From: an uncultured Candidatus Woesearchaeota archaeon
Lineage (GTDB): Archaea > Nanobdellota > Nanobdellia > Woesearchaeales > 21-14-0-10-32-9
DNA: 45,276 bases
Direction: 5' to 3'
Assembly: GCA_903891505.1 (NCBI GenBank)
Contig: CAITEO010000002.1
Location: 1 to 45,276 of the forward strand
Position numbers and translations under genes: made by a program. Shown piece after piece: positions 24,538 through 34,700 of this stretch. The stretch's first letter is position 1, and every line of letters begins with the position of its first letter. The notes under the pieces are model-generated. The model saw only the letters and a program-made list of their open reading frames with translations, made no database searches and was not told the origin of the DNA.

Positions 24538-27500
24538 CTATTTTTTCTTTATTTGTTTTGTCATTGTTTTTAATTTTTCAAATACTTCATCTTCATCGTC
24601 AGACTTTTTATTTGCTTTTGAAACTTGCTCTTGGCTCGCACGTGATTTTTGCGTCGTTTGAGATTGAGAAGATGATTTTTTAATGTCTTGCAATGAAGGC
24701 TTTCGAGCCATCTCTTTTAGTTCATCAAACGCATCCTTATCTTTTTTATTCATCTCGTTTAAATCAAGATATTCTTCTTTTGATCCTGCATCCACATATT
24801 TTTTTGAAGACTGCACATTTGCTATGGGCGTTGTTGCAATTTTTGTTGCGCCAAACTGAAGGTTAGAATTCTGCATATTTATTTTTTCTGATTCGTCAAA
24901 CTGTCCCAAAACTTTTCTTCTCTCAAGCGATTTCATTTTCAAAGTTTTACTTCTATTTTGTGCTCGAAGCGCAATTTCTTCTGCAGTATAAGCTTCCTTT
25001 TCAGGTTGAAGTGATGTTAGTATAGGTATCTGTCCGAGGGTTGATGTCATTTCCTTCTCTTCTTTCACTTTTTTCTTATTTTCTTCCTCGAGAACATCCA
25101 TAACTTTAAGCACAACTCCTGCTATGAGCATCAGCGCACCGAGTATTAAAAATATTAAAGATGAGTATTTTAGTTTATGATATGTTGGTTGATCATTCGG
25201 ATCCATTGGATTTGTTCCTGCTTTGAACTCCTCTAGATTTGTGTATCCGTCTCCATCACTATCGTCGTTCGGATTTGCAATAGTTGGATTTCCGAAGTAT
25301 TTTATTTCCCACACATCTGGCAAGCCATCTCCGTCTGTATCAAGTGTAGGATCTATTTGACATATTCCCGTAGCAGGGTCGCAGTAGTTAGATTGACAAT
25401 CTATTTTTGCCGTGCATTTCTTTCCATTTATGCATTTTGCACAAGGCCCTGCACAGTCAATGTCTGTTTCAAAACCATCTTTTTTGCTATCAGTACAGTT
25501 AGCTTCAACACAGTTGCTATTCATGCAATTTAACGATACGCAATCAGAATCTATTATGCATTTTCCGCCTATGCCGCACTGTGCACATACAGGCCCGCCG
25601 CAATCTTTTCCTGTTTCCTGTCCATTCATTATATTATCATTGCAGTTAGGTATTGAACATATTCCTAATTTGCAATAATTTGATATGCAATTTCCGTCAA
25701 TAATGCATGAATTGTTCAAATCGCATTTAGGACATAATCCGCCGCAATCTACGTCTGTTTCTGTAGCATCTTTAATACCATTACTGCATGTTAGCGGATA
25801 GTTTACAACGAACTGTTTTTGATCTGTTTTATTATTATTATTATTATCAAAGACTGCTGCACAGAATATGCTTGATTCAGAGATTGTTATTGGAGTCATA
25901 ACTCCAGTGACTAATGAAAATTGGCATGTTTGGCTTGCATTAGTTTGTAAACCGTATGATATTGATTGTTGACATCCGCTTCCATAGTCAGTGCAGTTAA
26001 CTTTTATAGTCCACGAGTTTGATGATGTGCTAGATAAATTATCCTTGCTCGCAATTATATTTATTATCGGAGGGGTAAAATCGCATTCGTGTATTGATGA
26101 GTTTGATACTGTAATTGATACAGTGCTAGATTGCCCGACATTTCCTGCTTTATCTACAGCCCACACATTTAGATTGTATACTTTTCCGACGATAGAATCC
26201 CCATTTATAGTTATATATAATTGTCCGTTTGATGATGAGCCATCTCGTTCATATGTATAATTACTAGGGTTATCTTGAAGTGTCATATTGTAATAATACT
26301 CGTCTATTCCAGACACATTATCAGCGCTTTCTGCTTTTGCAGTTATCCTGCTAATCGAGCATGAATTAGCATTTGTTGTTATGTTTGGTACTGATGGAGG
26401 TATAGTATCTACTATAAAATTCTTTGAACTAAAACCTCCACTCATATACGTACAGTTTACATAAACTGTATTTCGTCCCTGCAAAACAACTTGAGGTAAT
26501 GTTCCGGAAAATCCTTGTCTGCTGCCTTCGTAAAATACTCCTTGATTTTTTGTTAATGAAAAAAATGAGGATGGATTTGATCTATTCAATGTCGCTGTGC
26601 AGCTCGCATCTCCTATTGTTGTGCTTCCATTTACAAACAATGTTGTTGTGTTAATCATTGATGCTGGCGAATAAAAATTGAACGACTGGATAAAATTAAG
26701 ACTAACATTTACTGAGTATATCTTGCTAGACCTAAGATTCGCGAGGTTATCACAAGTTATATTAAAATTGTAAACTGCAGACGTTGGTGAAGAATCAAAA
26801 AGTAATTGCTCGCTATAACTCTTTAGGAAATCGTAGAAGTCTTGAAAATTATAAGTTGGAGATCTATTAATAGCTGGAGTTGAACCTTGCGGAGGCGGAA
26901 CTTTAAAAATAGTGCACGCAGAAGCGTCATCTGTTTGTATTGTCAATGTTGTGTTTCTCCAATTGCCGTCTACAACTGGATTTGGCAACGCAGTCACACT
27001 TATCACTGGCGCAGAATTATCTACACCTACTCTTATTTCACCATAAGAATATCTGGACGGTGTAGCAGTTTCATTACATATTATGTATATCATTTCAGGA
27101 TATCCGTTGTAATCATAATACTGCCCGAAATAATTATCCATGCTAAAATTTTGGATGTAAACTCTTTTTTGGTTCGTCGTATTTGTTGTGAAACTTGCTG
27201 GTAAAGATTTATATGCATTTTCCATAGATTGATTTGGAGGTATTCCAAACTGAGAAAATCTACATTCCGTTACATTTCTTTCTGTTGCAATCTCCAAGAA
27301 GAATGGTGATTGATTGCTAAATGCAAAATCCGGCTTCTCTGTAAAGTTCACATGAATATTTTCTGGCTTGCTTACCCACATATACATGCCTGTTCCGTTT
27401 ATCTTGAATAATACTGCAACCTCAATTTGTATGTTTGGCACATTAAACGCATTTATTCTAAATATGTATAATCCGTCGGAAACATATCTTGTAGGTTGAT

Positions 27501-27843
27501 ACAACGAACTTGACAAATTCACCATATTTATTTCTGTGATAGCTGAGCTTATATTGCTCAGGTTAAATAAATCAGAGGGAATAGGGTCTCCTAGATTTCC
27601 CACTTGATATAATGTATAGTTGATAACTTGTACGCTTTCCTGAAACGTAATGTTTATGATTGGAGTTGTTGTGTTGTATACTTCGTTTTTTGTTTCTGTG
27701 CACCTTTGATGAGTAAGATCTTCATTGTATGGAATACAGTCCATTGCGGATACAAAAACAGAAGTGCATAGTACAAACACAAAGAACATGAATATTATTG
27801 ATGAGGAAAAAAGAAGACTCCCTCTACTTTTGACAAGTTTCAT
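24538..27843 (-). CDS. 1101-aa surface protein: Sec signal, Ig-like region, 3x 8-Cys modules, TSP3-type Ca-binding repeats, C-terminal TM anchor and K/E-rich tail
   Basis: Signal peptide ...VFVSA|MD. Three tandem modules follow the pattern C-x13-C-x3/4-C-x2-C-x5-C-x5-C-x4-C-x4/6-C (nt 25360-25788). DTDGDGLPDVWE and DDSDGDGYTNLEEFKAGTNPMDPND follow, then the TM helix LIFLILGALMLIAGVVL. A GAGGGA SD lies upstream. Confidence 0.8.
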   Translation of the reverse strand: MKLVKSRGSLLFSSSIIFMFFVFVLCTSVFVSAMDCIPYNEDLTHQRCTETKNEVYNTTTPIINITFQESVQVINYTLYQVGNLGDPIPSDLFNLSNISSAITEINMVNLSSSLYQPTRYVSDGLYIFRINAFNVPNIQIEVAVLFKINGTGMYMWVSKPENIHVNFTEKPDFAFSNQSPFFLEIATERNVTECRFSQFGIPPNQSMENAYKSLPASFTTNTTNQKRVYIQNFSMDNYFGQYYDYNGYPEMIYIICNETATPSRYSYGEIRVGVDNSAPVISVTALPNPVVDGNWRNTTLTIQTDDASACTIFKVPPPQGSTPAINRSPTYNFQDFYDFLKSYSEQLLFDSSPTSAVYNFNITCDNLANLRSSKIYSVNVSLNFIQSFNFYSPASMINTTTLFVNGSTTIGDASCTATLNRSNPSSFFSLTKNQGVFYEGSRQGFSGTLPQVVLQGRNTVYVNCTYMSGGFSSKNFIVDTIPPSVPNITTNANSCSISRITAKAESADNVSGIDEYYYNMTLQDNPSNYTYERDGSSSNGQLYITINGDSIVGKVYNLNVWAVDKAGNVGQSSTVSITVSNSSIHECDFTPPIINIIASKDNLSSTSSNSWTIKVNCTDYGSGCQQSISYGLQTNASQTCQFSLVTGVMTPITISESSIFCAAVFDNNNNNKTDQKQFVVNYPLTCSNGIKDATETDVDCGGLCPKCDLNNSCIIDGNCISNYCKLGICSIPNCNDNIMNGQETGKDCGGPVCAQCGIGGKCIIDSDCVSLNCMNSNCVEANCTDSKKDGFETDIDCAGPCAKCINGKKCTAKIDCQSNYCDPATGICQIDPTLDTDGDGLPDVWEIKYFGNPTIANPNDDSDGDGYTNLEEFKAGTNPMDPNDQPTYHKLKYSSLIFLILGALMLIAGVVLKVMDVLEEENKKKVKEEKEMTSTLGQIPILTSLQPEKEAYTAEEIALRAQNRSKTLKMKSLERRKVLGQFDESEKINMQNSNLQFGATKIATTPIANVQSSKKYVDAGSKEEYLDLNEMNKKDKDAFDELKEMARKPSLQDIKKSSSQSQTTQKSRASQEQVSKANKKSDDEDEVFEKLKTMTKQIKKK

Positions 27844-27870
27844 TCAATCCCTCATTTAATCCTCTTTTTT

Positions 27871-30800
27871 TTAAGTACAACGTCCTGTTATTGGATCGCA
27901 GATTGTAACTTCTGGCTGCGAGAAGTTCAAATTTCTTATGTTCAGTAATTTCTGTTGACTACCTATGTTACTTGGAACTCCTTTGTCTCCGACTGTGATG
28001 TTTAAATAAACCTTAACGTAAATATTTGGTGCGTCGTAGACTTTTTCATCGCCATCTGCCACTGTTTCAATAGGAAGCAACTGTACAATATCTCCTGTGC
28101 TTACGTTCCTGTAATACTCTGTGACATTCATGCTATTCTTGCAACCAAATGAATAATTCCTCGAACCAGTCTCAAGATTTGAAGAGTAGTCGCTGCAAAC
28201 GAACTTTATGTTAACAGACGCAGTTGCAATTGAACTATTATACACATCGCCTGTTGCGACATCGTAAAGTGTTACTGTTGGTGCGGTTTCGTCAATAGCA
28301 TAGTAAATTATATCTCCTCCATTCCCAATATACCAAACTGGAGTTGAACCTGCAGTTGCGTTGAAATTGCATGCAGAATAGAAGAACCTCATCATCTGTA
28401 CCGTTTCATTTATTGTCGCGCTGTGTTTTATTCCGTTAGAAGAATCATTATATTTAGTCCAAATAGTGCTATCAGGAACTATAGTAATAGGCGCTATTAT
28501 TGCATTATGATTTGTAGTATAATAACATGCCGCTGATGCGTTTGTCTCTAAAGATATATTCACATTTCCTTTCCTGAATGTTTCTCCTCGAGGTTTTGGA
28601 TTGTGTATTGATTTATCTGCATCTATTTCTACGTATGTGTTGTTTGTGAAACTCTGCAGGTGATCATCAGTACAAACAGTATGGATGTTGTATTCTCCGT
28701 CTGGAAGATAATTATAATTCCAAATTAAATTTGGCGTGCTCTTTGTTGCATCCTCGATAAAACTCAAAGTTGAATCATGTATGTTTGTCAAGTTCACTCT
28801 GCAAATTATTGTTTTTGCAGGATCATAAATTATATTTACTGTAAGATTTGTCAGGTACATATCCGCTCCTCCATCATATGCTGATGAAAGAGTGTAATTT
28901 ACTAATATGCTTGAAAGGTCAGGTAATAAAGTAAAGTCGATATGCTTGAGAACTTCTAGATTCATCGCAATATCTTTGGAGTAATAGTACAATCTATATT
29001 TTCCTGCAATTTTGCCAACTATAGATGTCTTAAACTGTGTTAATGTGTCTGTTTCTTTAGGATAAACAAATGCGTATGTATTCTCTGGTGGTGCTAAATT
29101 TGCTGGCGCATTCAAGCGGGCATCGTCTCCTAAATCATCTTTTCCACCCATAGTTACATATGTATTCACAACTTGCTCTGATGTTTCTGGCGCGAGTAGT
29201 TCTAGCTCTGCAACTGAATAAGATTCGCCATCTTTAACGACTTGGTCATTAAAACGCAATGTTGTATTAGGATTTTCAAAGTCAAGACAATATTGCATCT
29301 TATCTTGCTTATCGCTACAGGAATCACCCGGCACTGATTTGACTGCCTCTGAAAGTGGAGTGAAATCAGCATTTCTTATGCATCTTTGTTTCTCGTCGAG
29401 CCAGACGCATTTGCCTCTTTTCAATGTATCGTTGCTCAGAGTTATTATTGAATTATCAAGTCCTACTCTCACTAAATTAGTATTATCATATGTTACATTC
29501 TCAGTAAAATTCATATTGCCAACGCATTGATTTTTTGAATCGTATGTTTCACAAGCTACATCTCGTTGATTAATGCATGATGAATTATCAAATTTAACAT
29601 GGTTATAATTTATGATGGAATTATAGAAACAAGTGCTCTGTCCTGACGAATTCTGACCGAACAAATTACATAATGATTCAGGACAGTAATCGCCTAGTAT
29701 GTGTAAATCATTGCACTTTGAGCATTCTTGAAGATCAGGATTTTTAGGAATACAAACACCGATGCCTAATTCGTCATTGTTTGAAAGATTCATCCATTCG
29801 CAATCATTTGCTGCGAGCGTGTCGCATGGGTTGCTCTCACAAGAAGTCTTCGTGCGATAATCATAGCATGTTTGTATTTCTGTGCATGCGTGGTATTTTC
29901 CTATAATTGAACCAATAGTATCTGTGTTGTTCTTCGCGAAATCATCCGCAAAACATTCTCCTCCTTTGTACTCAGTATCAACACCAGCGAGTGCATCTGC
30001 GCAAAATTGATAAGGTGAAATATATCCTGGAAGAGAATCCAGTTCATAATTTATGTACGGCATCACGCCGAATGGACCGCTGCACACAGCACATATATCA
30101 CATTTTTCGCTGTTTGTCGTCTTATCATCGCAGCGTGCATCTCCTCCTAAAACAGTTGGTGCAATGCAACCGCAATCACATGGATTAGTAGTTGTAATTT
30201 TTCCATCAATACATTCAGTAAGATTATTACCTACGCAAATTTTTCCATTTCCTTTCATATCGCCTATTCCTATGCACTTATCATCCCAAATCGTGGCGCA
30301 GGCTAACTTATCTGGGCCTATTTTTAATAATTGATTTAATGGATCAGTAATTGATACAGAAATATTATAGCAGTAAGCTGTCTTTCCCGTATTATCTAAG
30401 CTACCAGTAAAATCTGACCATGTGAATGTTGCACCAGAAACTTTTTGTGGTATACGTCTTGGACTTGTGGATGCTTTGCATTTTGTTGGATGTATTGGAT
30501 CGTCTGCCACACATCTGAAGATATCTATCGTGCTTACTTGACAAGGTGTAGGTAATTGCCAATCGAGTTGTATTCCTTTTCCAAATCCATTTCCGAGTGG
30601 TTGAGGATAATCAAATATTCCTTTCGCTGTTAGATTAACTTTTGAATTATTGTCGCAAACTGGAGCACAAAGCGATGTAGTGGCACACACTGAGTTGTTA
30701 CAAGTACAGAACATTTGATTTGTACATCCTGATAAGTCAGTAGGGCATTTTAAACAATTCGCAGCATACTTACATTCATTAGTGCATGTAACTGTTCCAA

Positions 30801-31662
30801 CAAAATTCTGATTAGGAAAATAATAATCACAAGTTCTAGCTAAAGGCAAAATTATTGGTTCGCATTCTTCAGGACTTTCCAATTTTCCGTCACCGCATGA
30901 CGTTGCACCGACGCAAGGAGTGTAATTAAGAGGTATATTATTTAGCGTTGGAGGATTACAATTTCCTGAATCGGTTACTGTTCTATTTCCACAAATCCCG
31001 CTTGTATCCTGCCAAGGCCCGACGTTCCATTTTGTGATGCAGTTTTGACTTGGAGAATTACATGGAAGAGTTAAATTAAGTTCATATGGACCTATTGAAC
31101 TTGTTGTTAAAATAGAATTTTGTACAGTGCAAGAGGGTGTTCCTGATGCTGTCGCATTTACTAAGTAATTAGTATTTTTATTTACCATCAAGCTATAATA
31201 TCCTTGATTGTTTGTTGATAAAATTGAATAAACTCCTACACCTGCATTTATATCATGTATATTTACATTTGCAGACGATGCAGGAATTCCATCGTGATAA
31301 AAAACGTAGCCCTCAAGTTTAACATTCCCCTTGCAAAAGTTTTGGCAATCTGGATCAGACTTATATTCATTGGAATAATTGCCGTTAGACAACATACACG
31401 CACCTTGCGTGGATAAACCACAACTCCCTAAAAGAACACAACAAACTGTACTGCAATTATCAATATCAGAGCAATCTCTACCAGGGTAAAATACGCCGAT
31501 TGAAGAACAACTAGATGTTTCAGTCATGATACAAGTTCCTGATGAGTTAGTAACACAGCAACCAGTTTGAGGTCTTGTTGCAGAAACAATTGCTGGTAAG
31601 AATAAGAGCAGTAACCCTAGAACTAAAACAAAAACTCCAAGTTTAGCGTCGTATCTCATCAT
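27871..31662 (-). CDS. 1263-aa secreted Cys-rich, sequon-rich surface protein
   Basis: Sec signal ...AIVSA|TR. It has a CarboxypepD_reg-like segment (VKLEGYVFYHDGIPASSANVNIHD...NNQGYYSLMV), the motif SCGDGKLESPEECE, and very many Cys and N-x-S/T sites. A strong GGAGAGGG SD lies upstream. Confidence 0.8.
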   Translation of the reverse strand: MMRYDAKLGVFVLVLGLLLLFLPAIVSATRPQTGCCVTNSSGTCIMTETSSCSSIGVFYPGRDCSDIDNCSTVCCVLLGSCGLSTQGACMLSNGNYSNEYKSDPDCQNFCKGNVKLEGYVFYHDGIPASSANVNIHDINAGVGVYSILSTNNQGYYSLMVNKNTNYLVNATASGTPSCTVQNSILTTSSIGPYELNLTLPCNSPSQNCITKWNVGPWQDTSGICGNRTVTDSGNCNPPTLNNIPLNYTPCVGATSCGDGKLESPEECEPIILPLARTCDYYFPNQNFVGTVTCTNECKYAANCLKCPTDLSGCTNQMFCTCNNSVCATTSLCAPVCDNNSKVNLTAKGIFDYPQPLGNGFGKGIQLDWQLPTPCQVSTIDIFRCVADDPIHPTKCKASTSPRRIPQKVSGATFTWSDFTGSLDNTGKTAYCYNISVSITDPLNQLLKIGPDKLACATIWDDKCIGIGDMKGNGKICVGNNLTECIDGKITTTNPCDCGCIAPTVLGGDARCDDKTTNSEKCDICAVCSGPFGVMPYINYELDSLPGYISPYQFCADALAGVDTEYKGGECFADDFAKNNTDTIGSIIGKYHACTEIQTCYDYRTKTSCESNPCDTLAANDCEWMNLSNNDELGIGVCIPKNPDLQECSKCNDLHILGDYCPESLCNLFGQNSSGQSTCFYNSIINYNHVKFDNSSCINQRDVACETYDSKNQCVGNMNFTENVTYDNTNLVRVGLDNSIITLSNDTLKRGKCVWLDEKQRCIRNADFTPLSEAVKSVPGDSCSDKQDKMQYCLDFENPNTTLRFNDQVVKDGESYSVAELELLAPETSEQVVNTYVTMGGKDDLGDDARLNAPANLAPPENTYAFVYPKETDTLTQFKTSIVGKIAGKYRLYYYSKDIAMNLEVLKHIDFTLLPDLSSILVNYTLSSAYDGGADMYLTNLTVNIIYDPAKTIICRVNLTNIHDSTLSFIEDATKSTPNLIWNYNYLPDGEYNIHTVCTDDHLQSFTNNTYVEIDADKSIHNPKPRGETFRKGNVNISLETNASAACYYTTNHNAIIAPITIVPDSTIWTKYNDSSNGIKHSATINETVQMMRFFYSACNFNATAGSTPVWYIGNGGDIIYYAIDETAPTVTLYDVATGDVYNSSIATASVNIKFVCSDYSSNLETGSRNYSFGCKNSMNVTEYYRNVSTGDIVQLLPIETVADGDEKVYDAPNIYVKVYLNITVGDKGVPSNIGSQQKLLNIRNLNFSQPEVTICDPITGRCT

Positions 31663-31730
31663 CCCTCTCCTCTCGAATAAATCTGATATGCTAGTTTATA
31701 AATGTTTCTTTGAAAAAGATTGAAATTAAC

Positions 31731-34700
31731 TTACGTCCATCCTGAGCTTGGATTGCATGAAAGACCTGTAACATTCGCCCTGCAATCTTTGTTAAAATTA
31801 CAAATACCTGCGGATGTACATAATGGAGATGGTGGTATTTGTGATGGCCAATAAATACAGCAAGTTTTGCCTGCTTGCGCACCAGTACCTGGAAAAGTCT
31901 CTCCTTTAACACATTTATCTCCCTGCAAAGCTCCTCCTCCATTCGCATCGCAATGCGATATTCTACAATACTCACCAGATAAACACCCAACAGTTCCTTG
32001 ATAATTATTTGACGGAGGAGTACAATATATTTGATTTGATGATCCGAACGAACACATATTACTTAAAGTTGGATTTAAGTTACAATTTGATTTACACATT
32101 GTGCTTCCAACAGCCCATTCAAATGAGTATGCTGCGTCGCATTGTGCCGCACCACATGCAGATTTACTACACAAGCAATTCCATGCTCCTGCACATACAC
32201 CGCTACCATCACATGTTCCTTGGCAATAAGCTTTTCCTGTGCTTGCACCATACCCTCCAACGCCTGGCGTGGAACAAGTACGAGCAGTATTGCATATTCC
32301 TGTTCCTGTTGATGGGTTGAACGTTTTCTCAAATGTTGTTCCAAATCCGTACTTTGTACAGCCAGCAGGCGCTATATTTGTTATCTGATCCGGTCCCGTG
32401 CATGCTTCGTTTAAAGTTCCTTTCGCCGTGCAAGGCCACAACACTGTATATGTTGCGAACATTGGTCCAGCACAAATATTTCCTCTATTTCCATCACAAT
32501 TTCTGTCAAACGTTAGATTATAGACGTCGTTATATTTTCCACCTGTTGGAAAAACACCTGGAGGTGGAGATTGAGTTAAAGAGAATGTGTATTGATAATT
32601 CGCAAGCTCGCTAATTTTTGTAAGAGTTGGATTTGTTGATTGTGTTCTTAATTTTTCAAGTTCTCCGTACAAGCTCGTCATGTAACAGATGTCGAATGTT
32701 GTTTTACGTTTAAACACAGTGGCTTGATCCAAAAGCGATCCTGTTGTTCCCGTGCAACAAGTGTGATTTGCAGTGAATGGATCTGTAGTTACTGCGTTGT
32801 ATGGATATATTAGAGTAGTATTATGATGCGGTACACATTCTGTAACGTTCACTCCGACTCCGACAGGCACTGAATAAACAGGTTGATTTGTTAGAGGAAT
32901 ATTGGATTCCACGACGAGTGTTACGTTGTGTATGCCAACATTTGAAAGATTGAGTGGTTTTATTTTTTGTATAAGTATATTTTTGTCTGTGATAATTGTT
33001 GAAAATTCTGTTGGGATTGTTATCAGTGGATTACTTGATTTATTATAGAATACTGACTGCCAATCAGGAATAGCTGCGTTCCACCAGAATATTGTCCAGA
33101 TGTAATTAGTTATGCTGCCTCCCATTATAATTGAACCTCTGCTCGCAGAACCATCTAGTGGAAGCATATCTTCTACGCTCGCAATATTTTCAGGGATGTC
33201 GTTGTATATTTTTATTTTTGAAATGTTTGCAACAGGCAAATCAAACACGAGTATCTTTACTACCTGATAATCGAACAGCCCTGACTCGTCTTTTACTGTC
33301 AGAGTTACATTGTGTGGTCCGTAATCAGAAACATTAGTTGTGTAATTAGCCATTCTGTGTGTTTGTAAAAACATGCCTGAATTTGACCAGTTGTGAGGTG
33401 CTAAAGCAGGAGACATAACTATTTGTTTGCAAAGTATGTTCTGACCTGTATTTCCATTTATGCTTGGCAGCGTGCAATTATCATCGTAGTCTTCTTTCCA
33501 TCCATTGTATATATACCAAACGTTCTGATCGTCAGGATCGTAGCCCCAAGGATCGATGACTATTGTTTGGTTGTTTGAAGCTATAATATCATAATAATTT
33601 GGCGCGTCAGTCTGATGAATAAAATCTAGGGCAGGTATTCTGTTCTTGAGCGCAGTTATGTATGTTAGTGATCTGTTGCCAATCAACGACGCGTTGTCTT
33701 TTACAATAAGAAGATGGTCATACTTGTATTGGCATAGTGGCCATGTGCACGTAGAATCATTCTCAAATCCTACTACTTGAACACTCATGTGCTCCGGGTC
33801 GTAATAATCAGATATTTCTCCTCCTAATTCAAGATGATTTGCGTAACTCGCATAATCTTTTGACAGATTAAACAAAAAGTCTTTGCTGTCTGCTTTGAGC
33901 AAAGCCATGACATAGTTGTGCATTCTCACAATTCTTAGTTTTGAATCATACTTGAATAAGTGCTTCACGAGTACTGGCTGCTTGTTTTTTATACTGACAG
34001 TAAAATTGTAAATAGACTCCACAGAGATTCCCTCTGTTGTTAGTATAACTTTAGTTACTGGATCATTTAATATTGTTATATTATCTCCTTGTGCATTCTC
34101 AAATATTGAAAAATCTACACAATTCTTTAATCGTTTAGATATCTGGCTTTGAAGAAGATATTCTACTGATTGATTTTTTGCATTTGCACTTATCACATTC
34201 ATCATGTTGTTGTTTGGAATGCATGGGCTGAACATTAGGCTAGTAGAACCAGGCGTTCCTATGGGCTTCGTATTTTCACTTCCCATGTAACAGAGTCTTG
34301 ACATGTTGTTGTAGCCCGCAAATCCTGAAAGTCTATATCCCTCGTTAAAATTTAGTAAACATGAGCCCGTATTTTCATATAATGGATAGAGTTCTGATAT
34401 GTATTGGTTTGATTTGTTCGGGTATTCTGGAACATTAAGATTAACGATGTTACAATAACTATTGTTAAGCACAGAATATGAAACGTTAAAACGCAGCGTT
34501 CTTACACTTCCATTTGTACTTGTAAAATTTAAACTGTAAGGTATGTAAATTGTACCGATTGTATTTGGGCGTGATATGTTATTTGGACCGCCCTGATATG
34601 TGTAAAATGTTCCTCCTTGCAAAGAAAGATCATCTATTGAAGATGTAACTGCTGCATCCATGCAAGTGTAAACATAGTAGTTGATTGATTCTGAAGCTAA

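Noticed and set aside
31691-32344. Minus-strand ORFs at 31691-31990 and 32075-32344, the plus-strand ORFs at 32009-32614, and similar internal ORFs in the other giant genes (for example 25412-25678, 29991-30334, 38643-39468, 40391-40609).
   Set aside because: All are nested in alternative frames or on the opposite strand of the long uninterrupted giant ORFs. The His/Cys/Leu-rich translations mirror the Cys codon richness of the real frame.
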